Source: Promethearchaeota archaeon (GTDB lineage: Archaea; Asgardarchaeota; Lokiarchaeia; Sigyniarchaeales; SOKP01). Taken from it: DNA of 64,000 bases. The stretch covers positions 134,785 through 198,784 of the forward strand of contig JAEOTP010000016.1 in NCBI GenBank assembly GCA_016839765.1, given 5' to 3'. Of this stretch, positions 49,641-59,899 are shown one piece after another. A program made the position numbers and the translations under genes. The notes beneath the pieces were generated by a model. That model saw only the letters and a list, made by a program, of their open reading frames with translations, did not search any database and was not told the DNA's origin. The first letter of the stretch is position 1, and every line of letters starts with the position of its first letter.

Positions 49641-51080
49641 ATGGAAAATTATAATCTGATTTTCACGTTTAGTGGTATTCGAGGGATTGCTAAAAAAGAT
49701 TTCAATTTTAATATCGTAAAAAAACTAGGAATAGCATTTGGTTTATATCTAGAAGCAAAAGATAAAAGATTAATAATAGGTAGAGATACTCGGCCAAGTG
49801 GAGAAAATATCGAGAAAGGAGTTATCGAGGGATTGGTTTCAGTTGGATATGATATTATTAGAGTAGGTATCTGTCCTTCCCCGGTAATTATTCATGCTAA
49901 AAATAAATTAAACATTCCAGCGGGAATAATCATTACTGGATCTCATAATCCTCAAGAATGGAATGGTTTAAAATTACTTTCAGATACAACTTTTTTAGGG
50001 AATATAGAACTGGAAGAAATTCATCAAATTATAAATAAAATAAATTTAGAAAATTATATATCTAAAGCAGATGATCCTTCAGAGAAAATCACCAATATAG
50101 ACCCAATTCCCCAATACATCAAGCAATTATATAATAACATTGATTGCGAGAATATTAGAAATCAAAATAAGTTAAGAGTAGTAATCGATACAGGCGCGGG
50201 TGCGGGTAAGTATGTTACTCCCCTAATCCTTAAAGGTCTAGGTTGTAAAGTGAAAGTAATCAATAATGATTTGCTTATTAATGAAGTATTCCCCAGAGAG
50301 ATTGAACCAATTGCAAAAAATTTAAGAGATTTAATAATGGAAGTTTGGCAAGGAAAATATGATGTCGGGTTTGCTCATGACTCAGATGCTGATAGACTTG
50401 CTTTAATTGGAGAAAATGGGATTTGTTATCCTGAGGATGTAGGATTAGCACTTATTACAGATTATTATTTAAAAAATTTCAATCCTGATTATGGAGAGAT
50501 AATATTTATAACTAATTTAGCTTCTTCTTTAATGTTTGAAGTTCTAGCAGAAAGGTATAACGCTAAAGTAATAAGAACACCAATAGGAGAAAAGTTCTTA
50601 GCCGAAAAGATAGAAAACTTGAGAAATAAATATGAAAAAACTTCTAAAAACTGCTTGATTTTAGGCGGTGAAGGATCATGTGGAGGTGTAATGCTCCCTC
50701 ATTTTAATAATACAAGAGATGGAATATTTGCTGCAGCTAAAATTATTGAAATATTAGTTCATACCGGAGAAAAAATTTCTAGCTTAATAGCCCAACTTCC
50801 AAAGTATTTCTCTCATAGAGCGGTAATTGGGGTTAAAAATAGGAATATATCTGTGATTATCGATTATGTGAGAAAGGAATTGATAGATGAAGGTGAAAAC
50901 GTTATGCAAATTAATAATGACTTGAGATTTGGTCAAGATAAGGATTGGTTTGTATTAATTCATCCATCCAATACCGAACCTATAATTAGAGTTATAAGTG
51001 AAGCAAAAACAGATTCTATGGCCAGAATTAATTGTGAAGTCACAGCAGAATTAGTTAAATTAGTTTTATTACAATTATAA
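49641..51080 (+). CDS. Phosphohexomutase (PGM/PMM/GlmM family)
   Basis: SGIRG, GRDTR, TGSHNP, DSDADR, GEGS, RDG, SNTEP. Confidence 0.93.
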   Translation: MENYNLIFTFSGIRGIAKKDFNFNIVKKLGIAFGLYLEAKDKRLIIGRDTRPSGENIEKGVIEGLVSVGYDIIRVGICPSPVIIHAKNKLNIPAGIIITGSHNPQEWNGLKLLSDTTFLGNIELEEIHQIINKINLENYISKADDPSEKITNIDPIPQYIKQLYNNIDCENIRNQNKLRVVIDTGAGAGKYVTPLILKGLGCKVKVINNDLLINEVFPREIEPIAKNLRDLIMEVWQGKYDVGFAHDSDADRLALIGENGICYPEDVGLALITDYYLKNFNPDYGEIIFITNLASSLMFEVLAERYNAKVIRTPIGEKFLAEKIENLRNKYEKTSKNCLILGGEGSCGGVMLPHFNNTRDGIFAAAKIIEILVHTGEKISSLIAQLPKYFSHRAVIGVKNRNISVIIDYVRKELIDEGENVMQINNDLRFGQDKDWFVLIHPSNTEPIIRVISEAKTDSMARINCEVTAELVKLVLLQL

Positions 51081-51167
51081 TAGATTTTACCATTCTAAAT
51101 TCGACGAGATCTAGGCTTTTCCCATCTTTTTCCCATTATTCTTTTACACTAGCATTTAGAATCTAAT

Positions 51168-53015
51168 TTACCTATTTAATTCTTTTAAAATTATTTCGGC
51201 TAACTTTTTTCCTATAATAGGCGATAATTCTTCAAATTTAGCAGTTTTAATATTATTCACGCTTCCAAAGTGTTTTAGTAGCTTATTTCTAGTTGCAGGT
51301 CCCACACCTTTAATATCATCTAGTATTGAACCTGTTATTCTCTTTTCTCTTTGTTTTTTATGTAATCTTACAGCAAAACGATGGGCTTCATCTCTAATTT
51401 GTTGAAATAATTTTAAAATTAGAGAATTATTTGGGAGTACTATTGGATGTTTTTTGTTGGGAATATAGATTTCTTCGAGTTTTTTTGCTAAACCAATAAT
51501 GGGTATTCCCTCAAGTCCTAAACTTTTTAATACAGACACACCAGCATTTAGTTGACCTTTTCCACCGTCTACTAGGATAAGATCTGGTAATTCAAGATTT
51601 TTTTGTAAGAGCATATTATATCTTCTTCTAATAACTTCCTTCATCATTGCAACGTCATCAGGAGTTTTTTTGCTCTTAATCTTATAATGACGATAAAATT
51701 TTTTATATGATTTTCCATCTAAAAAATAAACCATTGAACCAGTTGCGTCACTCCCCTCAATATTTGAAATGTCAAAGCCTTCGATGATTTTTGGTGGTTT
51801 AGTTAAATTTAATAAAGATTTTACTTCATCCAGAATCGTTTTAATTAAATCTTCTTCTTTATTTTTAATTGTTTCCATTTGTATCTCTTGTTCAACAATT
51901 ACTTTAGCGTTTTTTTTAACAATTCTAATTAAACCACATTCTTTTTCAAAAGGGGTTCTAATTTGAATGTTTTTTTTGAAATCCCTTAATACTGCTAAAA
52001 ACACGTCAATATTTTTATATCTTTCAGGAATCACTATCGTCTCTGGTAAATTTTGTTTCATGTCTTGATAAAATTGCTCCATTATTAAAGGAAATATATC
52101 TTCTTTTTCAAATATCTTTTCTTTAAGATTAAAACTAAATGAACTTTTATTCACAATTTTGCCATCACGAATATAGATAATAACCATGGCAAAATAATTA
52201 TGATTTTCATCGTTATAATACCCAATTAAGTCTTTATTATCCTGCGTATTTAATAAAACACTTTGATCAGTTGTAGAGCTATTTATTGCCTGTAATTTAT
52301 CTCTCCAGAAGGCAGCGATTTCAAAATTTAATTCTTCCGAAGCTTTGTTCATTTCCTTTTCAATCTTATTTTTAAGCTCAGTGTTTTCTCCTTTAAGAAA
52401 AAGTTCAATATTTTTTATTTTTTCTAGATATAATTCTTTATCGATAGCTCCAATACAAGGACCCGGGCATAATTTCAATTGATAATATAAACATGGGCTT
52501 ACCCTTTTTCTTACTTTCTTTTTACAGGAACAATACGGAAAAATTTTTCTTAAATCTCTTAATATCCGAGTTATTTCTTTTTTATCTGTGTAAGGGCCTA
52601 AAAATAAGTTATTTCCCGAATATTTTTCAGGGCCTCTTATAATTCTTATTCTCGGAAATTCTTCCGAATAAAAAATCGCAACCCAGGGGTAAGATTTAGA
52701 ATCTCGCATAATAACATTATATCTGGGTTGATGCTTTTTAATCTGAATATTTTCAAGAATATATGCCTCTTTCTCATTTTCAGTAACTATGTATTCAATA
52801 GATTTAATTTTTTGAACTAAATCTTTAATTTTTTCTTCATAATAAGGGTCGTTGAAGGTTGATTTTGAAAAATATTGATTAACCCTTTTTCGAATATTAG
52901 AAGCTTTTCCTATATAAATTATAGAATTATTCTTATCAGTAAAAAAATATATCCCAGGTTCATTAGGTAAGCTTTTTCTTTGGAGATCTAAATCCTTCAT
53001 GAAATAATTATACAA
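51168..53015 (-). CDS. uvrC: Excinuclease ABC subunit C
   Basis: PGIY...IYIGKA GIY-YIG domain, UVR motif, GFDISN, DGGKGQ, RDEAHRFA, C-terminal HhH. Confidence 0.97.
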   Translation of the reverse strand: MYNYFMKDLDLQRKSLPNEPGIYFFTDKNNSIIYIGKASNIRKRVNQYFSKSTFNDPYYEEKIKDLVQKIKSIEYIVTENEKEAYILENIQIKKHQPRYNVIMRDSKSYPWVAIFYSEEFPRIRIIRGPEKYSGNNLFLGPYTDKKEITRILRDLRKIFPYCSCKKKVRKRVSPCLYYQLKLCPGPCIGAIDKELYLEKIKNIELFLKGENTELKNKIEKEMNKASEELNFEIAAFWRDKLQAINSSTTDQSVLLNTQDNKDLIGYYNDENHNYFAMVIIYIRDGKIVNKSSFSFNLKEKIFEKEDIFPLIMEQFYQDMKQNLPETIVIPERYKNIDVFLAVLRDFKKNIQIRTPFEKECGLIRIVKKNAKVIVEQEIQMETIKNKEEDLIKTILDEVKSLLNLTKPPKIIEGFDISNIEGSDATGSMVYFLDGKSYKKFYRHYKIKSKKTPDDVAMMKEVIRRRYNMLLQKNLELPDLILVDGGKGQLNAGVSVLKSLGLEGIPIIGLAKKLEEIYIPNKKHPIVLPNNSLILKLFQQIRDEAHRFAVRLHKKQREKRITGSILDDIKGVGPATRNKLLKHFGSVNNIKTAKFEELSPIIGKKLAEIILKELNR

Positions 53016-53192
53016 ATTTAATTCAATAATGTACTTCTGTATAGATATTCTATTATACTAAAAAATTTCTATATCAATATAAATATTGATGGAGACTAAA
53101 TGTTATTTACTATTATTAATTATAGACAGTTATTAAGATAATGAAATAAAAATTAGAATTTCTTCGGTAATAGAAGGTATATTTATTAGTTT

Positions 53193-53384
53193 TTGGGAAA
53201 AATGACAACAATTAGAATCTGCCCAAAATGTAAAAAACCGGGACTTAAAAATGCTACTAATGTTTCTGGTTGGCTTGCACCAGACATGTATGAATGTACC
53301 AAATGTGATTATATTGGATACTTATATTTAGAAGTGGATTCTGAGGATCTAAAATCACAAAGCGATAATGAAATTGAATTGTGA
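53193..53384 (+). CDS. Small zinc-finger protein
   Basis: CPKC...SGWLAP..YECTKCDYIG. Confidence 0.8.
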   Translation: MGKMTTIRICPKCKKPGLKNATNVSGWLAPDMYECTKCDYIGYLYLEVDSEDLKSQSDNEIEL

Positions 53385-53420
53385 TTTTATAAAGCTATAT
53401 TTTTATAAAATTGTTTTTTT

Positions 53421-54395
53421 ATGTTAATTGAAAACCCAAGGTGTTATGATTTGGAACAATTATTGAAAGATGCTAAAAAAATAAAATCTTTAGAGATTCA
53501 AGGAGCAACAAATGTTGCTGTAAATGCTATTAATTTCTTACATGATTATGCTCATAGAACTGGTAAAAATTTAAGCATAGATAATTTGATTAACAAGCTT
53601 TATGAAGCTAGAGAGATTCTATTTCAAACCAGGGCAACCGAACCAGCGATGAGAAATGGACTAAATTATATAATGAATAAATTAGAAAAAGAACGGAAAT
53701 CACTATCTATGAATAAATTATTAGAAATAATATCGAACTGTAAAAATGAATATAAAAAAATGCTTGAAAATTCAAAAAGAAAAATCGCAGAAATAGGAGC
53801 AAGAAGATTTCCAGAAGTAGAAACTGATGAAGATTTTGTTGTAATGACTCACTGTCATTCCTCCATAGTAAATGCTATTTTCCTTGAAGCTAAAAAGCAG
53901 AATAAAACTAATTTCAAAGTAGTTGCTACTGAAACTCAACCTCGATTGCAAGGGAGGAAGACTGTGAATAATTTAATTAATGCTGGAATCGAAGTTATTC
54001 ATGTAGTTGATAGTGCTATGAGATGGGTAGTCCATAATTTGGATGTAGATTTAATCATTATAGGAGCAGACTCTATTACGTCTGAAGGAACTATAATAAA
54101 TAAAATAGGTTCAAGACTATTAGCTTTGGTAGCACATGAGGAGCATGTACCTTTTTATGTAGCCACACCTTTATTGAAATACAATCCCCAAACATCATTT
54201 GGATTATTAGAAAAAATAGAAATGAGAGACCCTAAAGAAGTATGGGACGATGCTCCGGATAATTTAAGAATTTTAAATCCTGCTTTTGAGACAGTAAGTA
54301 GAAGATATATAGATGGACTTATAAGTGAAGCAGGAATTTTCGCCCCAAGTCATATTCATAATCATTTTACGAAATTATATCCCGATTTAATTTAA
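53421..54395 (+). CDS. Ribose-1,5-bisphosphate isomerase (eIF2B-like family)
   Basis: IQGA, RATEPAMRN, THCHS (catalytic Cys), GADS (catalytic Asp), NKIGS, NPAFE; adjacent to RuBisCO. Confidence 0.88.
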   Translation: MLIENPRCYDLEQLLKDAKKIKSLEIQGATNVAVNAINFLHDYAHRTGKNLSIDNLINKLYEAREILFQTRATEPAMRNGLNYIMNKLEKERKSLSMNKLLEIISNCKNEYKKMLENSKRKIAEIGARRFPEVETDEDFVVMTHCHSSIVNAIFLEAKKQNKTNFKVVATETQPRLQGRKTVNNLINAGIEVIHVVDSAMRWVVHNLDVDLIIIGADSITSEGTIINKIGSRLLALVAHEEHVPFYVATPLLKYNPQTSFGLLEKIEMRDPKEVWDDAPDNLRILNPAFETVSRRYIDGLISEAGIFAPSHIHNHFTKLYPDLI

Positions 54396-54396
54396 A

Positions 54397-55674
54397 TTAC
54401 ATTACCCATTTTTCAATAGCTTTTTTAAGTTCTATGTGTTTATTCGCAAATTCATTTAATCCTATTCCATCTAATGAGGCATCAACAGCTTGACGAATAG
54501 CTTTAGCTCCTGAAAATGTACCATTAGGATGACCATGGCACCCCCCACCAAATTGGAATACCATGTCTTTACCTAAAATTTCAATTAATTCGGGAACATG
54601 TAAAGGACTTAATCCTCCTGAAGCAACAGGTAGAGTAGGTTTAATATTCAGCCATTCTTGGTCCAATAGAGTTTTATTATTACCCAGAACCTTAGACTGT
54701 GTTATCACCTTATTCGTTTCAAGTACTTCTTGTTTATCACCTTCCATTTTTCCAATGATAGTCCCTGTATGTAATTGATCCATCCCAATTAACCTCATTA
54801 TCTTTGCTAATGCCAACATTGTGATTCCGTGTGTTTTATTGCGTGTGAATGCTGCGTGCATTGCTCGATGAGCATGGATAACAAGATCTATTTCTTCAAT
54901 ATAATCTCGAATTTCTTGTAATGCAGAAAATCCTACTGTAAAAACGTCAATCATAACATATTCACCCCCATTATTTTTTACAATAGCTGCTCTCTCTTTC
55001 ATGACACTTAATTTTGCTGTAATATTTGGCATATAAATTTTCTTATCTCCAGTCTCCTCTTCAGCCCTACCCTTAAGTTTTAGAGTTTCTTCGATTCTTT
55101 TATCAAACTTATTAAACGTCATATTTGTTAAATTTTCATCATCTTTTACTATATCTAAACCTCCTAACCAGGCTTCTTGGCAAACTTTTGCATGTTCTTT
55201 TTCATTTAATCCAACCTTTGGTTTAACTATAGTCCCTAATAATGGTCTTTTCTCGATATTTAGTAATTTTCTAATACCATTAATACCATATTTAGGACCC
55301 TTGTACTTATTTACAATATTTTTAGGAAAGGAAATATCTAGTAATCTTAAATTATTTAAAGTTTTCATACCAAAGATATTTCCAGCAATAGCACTCAAGA
55401 TTTGAGGTATATTATCTGCTTCAAAAAGATCCTCTATATATGCAATCTTTATAATTTGGTTATTATTATCAATGGAAAAAGTGGATGGCTTCAAACGATT
55501 GGCTATATCAGCAGACATCGTACTGATGTCAGTCCAAGTCCCAATAGAACTTTCTTTTGCAATTTCTTCACATGTTTTTTCTAGACTATTGCAATCTAAG
55601 GCCTTCTCAACAAAATACATTACTATAAGATCTTTATCAGTCGGTTTATAGTCCAAATTAACATATTCTATCAC
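54397..55674 (-). CDS. rbcL: Ribulose-1,5-bisphosphate carboxylase, form III
   Basis: ESSIGTW, GTIVKPK, KDDE, HAHRAMH, GKMEG, SGG, QFGGG; no small-subunit gene nearby. Confidence 0.95.
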   Translation of the reverse strand: MIEYVNLDYKPTDKDLIVMYFVEKALDCNSLEKTCEEIAKESSIGTWTDISTMSADIANRLKPSTFSIDNNNQIIKIAYIEDLFEADNIPQILSAIAGNIFGMKTLNNLRLLDISFPKNIVNKYKGPKYGINGIRKLLNIEKRPLLGTIVKPKVGLNEKEHAKVCQEAWLGGLDIVKDDENLTNMTFNKFDKRIEETLKLKGRAEEETGDKKIYMPNITAKLSVMKERAAIVKNNGGEYVMIDVFTVGFSALQEIRDYIEEIDLVIHAHRAMHAAFTRNKTHGITMLALAKIMRLIGMDQLHTGTIIGKMEGDKQEVLETNKVITQSKVLGNNKTLLDQEWLNIKPTLPVASGGLSPLHVPELIEILGKDMVFQFGGGCHGHPNGTFSGAKAIRQAVDASLDGIGLNEFANKHIELKKAIEKWVM

Positions 55675-55749
55675 AAAAAATCACTTCATTTTGTTTAAAT
55701 CGCGTTTATTATTAAAGTAATTATTTTTTAATAACGGGTCTATTTCCAT

Positions 55750-55929
55750 TTATAACCAGGTATATTCACTTTCATCAATTTTTTTTCGTAATTTTTTTTC
55801 ATCTTTTTTTAATTGACTTACTTTACTGTTTGTCGAATATGGTTTTATTTCTTCTTGGTGTGGTTTCCCTTCTTTATCATGTTTATGATCTTTAAGATGA
55901 TCTACTCTATGTTCGTATTTTTTACTCAT
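55750..55929 (-). CDS. Small charged hypothetical protein (start ATG 55929)
   Basis: AAGGAG SD precedes MSKKYEH; hydrophilic, His/Lys-rich. Confidence 0.55.
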   Translation of the reverse strand: MSKKYEHRVDHLKDHKHDKEGKPHQEEIKPYSTNSKVSQLKKDEKKLRKKIDESEYTWL

Positions 55930-56156
55930 ATTAATTACTCCTTTAAAATTAAGTAACATATTCATAACTCTTATAATTAGTTTTCGTAAATATTTTGACA
56001 ATTAAGCCGTTAGAATTACTCGGAAATTCTCTCAAATATCCGTGAAAGTAAAAAAGAATGAAACAAACAATTTTTTATAATTTTTTATGATGTCTTGTAA
56101 GATTATAGGGAAAAAATTTTAAACTTTCTTTAATTATTCTAAAGAGTGATTAAAAC

Positions 56157-56480
56157 ATGAGTAAAGCAGAAATTAAACACATTATCATAAATGTTAAAGA
56201 ATTAATTTTAGCTCCCAAGGTTGGTAAGGAACAAAATGCTGATGATTTATCAAGATTTCTTGTTGAACAATTACCTCAAATTGAGGTGGATCGTAACGGA
56301 GATCAACTTGAGATTACAATGCCAGAAAAGTTATCTAAAAAGGCTGTAAAATTAAGAATCAAGAAGTTTTTACACCAAAAAAATCTTTTTAATGAATTTC
56401 GACCTATTTTATATCGAACTCATGAACTTGAAGGTTATATGATTAAGAAGAGAAAAGTTTTAGAATTATCCTATTATTAA
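56157..56480 (+). CDS. rpl22e: Ribosomal protein eL22
   Basis: LSRFL.E...LSKKAVKLRIKKFLHQKNL...Y pattern parallels eukaryotic L22 (FEQFLQE...FSKRYLKYLTKKYLKKNNL). Confidence 0.78.
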   Translation: MSKAEIKHIIINVKELILAPKVGKEQNADDLSRFLVEQLPQIEVDRNGDQLEITMPEKLSKKAVKLRIKKFLHQKNLFNEFRPILYRTHELEGYMIKKRKVLELSYY

Positions 56481-56515
56481 TTCCTTTCTTTAAAAATAAT
56501 TATTCTATTTTAAAT

Positions 56516-57478
56516 GTGGATTTGAAACAAATAAAAATCAAGTCGATTAATGATTTAATGACTTGTATCAATTTAGCAAGTTCATTAGAATTAGCAGGAT
56601 GGCCAAAACCAGGCAATGTTCATAGAACAAGAGATTATGATAATTCTCGATATGAACACTTTTTATCTGGAATTGCTGCAATCCAACCTATTTTTAGAAG
56701 ATTCTGTGTTAGAGTTTTTAATAAAGTAAATGATGATAATCAAGATTATTCATTTGTGGAATTGGGGAAATTTTTTAAAAGAGCGGCTAACGCAATGATG
56801 AAGTGGCAATACGGAGGAAATGTACTACTAGGACATATTTTAATCTTAGCACCATTAAGTGTAGCAGCCTGTATTTGTATAAAAATAAAAAGGGTTACTC
56901 TAAAAGATTTTACAAAGATTTTAAAGAAAGTTGTAAGTGATTCCACTGTTCAAGATACAATCGATCTGTATAAAACCATAAAAATTTGTAATCCTGGTGG
57001 ATTAGGTAAAATTGAAAAATATGATCTTAATGATGATAACTCAATTAATGAACTAGAGCGAGATAAAGTAAATTTAAAAGAAATTTTTGAATTCTCTAAA
57101 AGTTATGATTTAATTAGTTTTGAATATGCAACTGGATTTGAAATAACTTTAAAAGAAGGATTAATCTATTTTTTTAAAACATTTAAAAAATATCAGGATA
57201 TAAATGTTGCTACTGTTAACACATTTCTAAAATTACTTAGTGAACATCCGGATACATTAATAGTTAGAAAGTCTGGAAAGGCTGCTGCTTTATTAGTATC
57301 TAAAAAAGCCTATAAAGCATTAGAAAAAGGAGGGGTGGCTACAAGGAAGGGACTAAAATTAGTTCTTAAACTTGACAAAAAACTTCAAAAAAAAGAAGGA
57401 AAGATGAATCCTGGAACAATAGCTGACCTAATTTCTGGTATAATATTCTGTAGTCTTATATTTGGTTTAAAATTTTAG
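56516..57478 (+). CDS. citG: Triphosphoribosyl-dephospho-CoA synthase family (CitG-like)
   Basis: PKPGNVHR, N..LG, DTLI.RK.G, NPGTIADL. Confidence 0.88.
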   Translation: MDLKQIKIKSINDLMTCINLASSLELAGWPKPGNVHRTRDYDNSRYEHFLSGIAAIQPIFRRFCVRVFNKVNDDNQDYSFVELGKFFKRAANAMMKWQYGGNVLLGHILILAPLSVAACICIKIKRVTLKDFTKILKKVVSDSTVQDTIDLYKTIKICNPGGLGKIEKYDLNDDNSINELERDKVNLKEIFEFSKSYDLISFEYATGFEITLKEGLIYFFKTFKKYQDINVATVNTFLKLLSEHPDTLIVRKSGKAAALLVSKKAYKALEKGGVATRKGLKLVLKLDKKLQKKEGKMNPGTIADLISGIIFCSLIFGLKF

Positions 57479-57541
57479 AAAAAAGAAAAACTTTTGATTG
57501 AAGAACAATTAATTAGAAGTGAATTAGTTGTTATATAATTA

Positions 57542-57913
57542 GTGCTTAAGGTAATTATTCAAATGGAATTTTGCGATGAATGCGGTGGTATGATGTTTCC
57601 CTCGTCCGATAACGGAAGAAAGGTGTTTAAATGCAAATGTGGTGCCATAAAACCATTCTCTGAGGAAAAATCTGAATTTTACAAATTTAAAACGAAAATT
57701 GAACAGCCTGTTCGAAGCGAAGTCACAAATTTAACAGAAGTAATGGATTGGAAAGATAAAAATTTAAAGAGCTCAATAAAAAATTTTAAATGCCCTCGTT
57801 GTGGTTATACAAAAGCACACTTAGAGACTAGACAAACAAGACGGGCAGATGAGGGTATGACGCATTTTATTACATGTCTTAAATGTGGAAAAATGAAAAA
57901 AATTGGTAGTTAA
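57542..57913 (+). CDS. tfs: Transcription factor S (TFS / RpoM-like; likely start ATG 57563)
   Basis: FCDECGGMM, CPRCG, QTRRADEG.T.F..CLKCG. Confidence 0.92.
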   Translation: MLKVIIQMEFCDECGGMMFPSSDNGRKVFKCKCGAIKPFSEEKSEFYKFKTKIEQPVRSEVTNLTEVMDWKDKNLKSSIKNFKCPRCGYTKAHLETRQTRRADEGMTHFITCLKCGKMKKIGS

Positions 57914-57930
57914 TTAAAAAGAGCAAAACT

Positions 57931-58233
57931 CTAACCTATTAATTTTTCTAAAATATTTTTCTCATCTATTTTCTTATAATAACTAATTTGAATTAATTTA
58001 TTTCTACTCTTTAATCCAGAGATGAATTTGATTTGATTAAGGTTTATATCAAGTTTCTTTTTTAATAATTTTAATAATTCTTTATTAGCCTTGTTTAGAA
58101 GTGGTTTACTAGTTAATTTAATTAGAAAATAATCATAATTATTCTCTATTAGAATCTCTTGAGTTTTAGCATTAGGTTTAACTACTATTTTTAGATAAAA
58201 TATTGTATCCGATTTTTTTTCAATTAAGTTCAT
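57931..58233 (-). CDS. DUF167 / YggU-family protein
   Basis: VKPNAK, P...KANKELL, ISGLKSRNK. Confidence 0.88.
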   Translation of the reverse strand: MNLIEKKSDTIFYLKIVVKPNAKTQEILIENNYDYFLIKLTSKPLLNKANKELLKLLKKKLDINLNQIKFISGLKSRNKLIQISYYKKIDEKNILEKLIG

Positions 58234-58253
58234 ATTGGTAATTAATAGAAGAT

Positions 58254-59660
58254 TTAATCGAATTGAATATATTGATCTATATTATTCTTTAATCTATTAA
58301 ATGAAGATATGGATAATCGGATACCTCCAGCGAGTTTATGGCCCCCTCCATTTCCTCCTAACTCAGTCTTAATTTGTGTAATTACTTTATTTACTCCTAT
58401 TCCTCTGTTGATTTCAATAAATTTTCTTGAACATCTAATACTGAGTTTTATCATTTGAGTTTTTCTTTCCAAGCCTCCAAGAAATAACATTTTTTCGGGA
58501 TTAGTAAGTTCATTAACCATGCTAAAACTAGCTGTATCTGACCAATTACTTGGTTGTATAGTCCCATTACCCGCATCAATAAAAGTAGCTTTTTCAGTTT
58601 CGAATCGACTGAGCTCGGTATATACTTTTTTCAAATTTTTTGTTAAGTTATTGACATAATCAATATATATTGCTTTTGCATACCGTGTAATAGTTTTTTG
58701 TTGTATCATTGATACTGCAGCACTTATGTTTTTGAAAGATAAAATATTTAGTAATAATGCATGTTCAAACACAAATTTTAATAATCCCTCTTTTTGAGGT
58801 ATTAATGCATAATGACCTGTTTTTAAATTTGTATTCTTTTGGATTGCTTCAATTTCAGATTTTTCAAGTTCAGAGGTTTTTTTATTTGGATTTATTTGTA
58901 GTTGATTGAGAAATGATTTAATTTTTTCATCCCCCTCTCCACCCAACTGTTTAACAAAAGGTAAGATGCTGTACTTTAATCCATTTTTAATGGAATTATG
59001 CATCCCTCCAAATAGTATTAAGCCTTCTCTATCTTCTATTAGTTCCTCATCGATTAACTCTTGATACACCTCTTTATTAAAGGATTTTAATCGATCCATT
59101 GATCTTAAAGAGTCTCCTGCTATTCCAATTGCAGTTAACCATGCATGATTAATAATAGAGGGACTGATTTGTTTTGCAAACATATAAGCTAAGGTCGCCC
59201 CTGCAATATGATCGAGCCCATCAAATCCATAGACGGTTGGGTTTACAAAAAAGAGGTTTTCAGGAAAATCATTCAATCCAACATCATTTTCCACTTCATG
59301 ATGATCTAGAATGAAAAAATGTTCTTTTCTATTAGTTATTATAGGAATTAATTCTGTTAATGTAGAACCTATATCTGTAAAAATCAATGCTGTTTTTTCT
59401 GTTTGCCTTTTAGGTAAAATTCCGTTTAAGTAAGCCGCCCAAGAAACAGATCGATTATAGATAAAATAATCAAAATTTTTTTTTAAGTTATAGAGCAAGT
59501 TTTGGATGATTAGTAAACTACTTATTCCATCAGCATCATTATGAGATATAGCAATTATATTATTATAAACATTTTTTGAATTATCTACAAATACATCTAC
59601 TGCATTATCAAGAGCTTCTAAAAATTTTAATCGATCCGGTTTCTTTACCATATATATCAA
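58254..59660 (-). CDS. DHH-family phosphoesterase (RecJ/GAN-like)
   Basis: SHNDADG, TDIG, LDHH, GD, GGGHKLAGG. Confidence 0.9.
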   Translation of the reverse strand: MIYMVKKPDRLKFLEALDNAVDVFVDNSKNVYNNIIAISHNDADGISSLLIIQNLLYNLKKNFDYFIYNRSVSWAAYLNGILPKRQTEKTALIFTDIGSTLTELIPIITNRKEHFFILDHHEVENDVGLNDFPENLFFVNPTVYGFDGLDHIAGATLAYMFAKQISPSIINHAWLTAIGIAGDSLRSMDRLKSFNKEVYQELIDEELIEDREGLILFGGMHNSIKNGLKYSILPFVKQLGGEGDEKIKSFLNQLQINPNKKTSELEKSEIEAIQKNTNLKTGHYALIPQKEGLLKFVFEHALLLNILSFKNISAAVSMIQQKTITRYAKAIYIDYVNNLTKNLKKVYTELSRFETEKATFIDAGNGTIQPSNWSDTASFSMVNELTNPEKMLFLGGLERKTQMIKLSIRCSRKFIEINRGIGVNKVITQIKTELGGNGGGHKLAGGIRLSISSFNRLKNNIDQYIQFD

Positions 59661-59899
59661 ATTTTAATTGAAAATTAATTTAATTAACCAAAATTTAGCT
59701 CAACACTTTATTTGAAAATTGTTTGTTTAAAATCATTTAATAGATATTTATATTTTTCTCTAAAATAGATTTTAAATAAAATAAAAATAAATTCAAGAAA
59801 TATAAATATTCCTATAATATCAAACCATAAGAATAAATGAACTAAAATTTAAAAATCAAGGAAAAATTATTTAATTTTAATTAAGTTTTATATTAGATA

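Noticed and set aside
54397-55674. RuBisCO as evidence of autotrophy, or as a form IV RuBisCO-like protein
   Set aside because: The catalytic motifs are intact (not form IV), and linkage to the R15P isomerase indicates nucleoside salvage.
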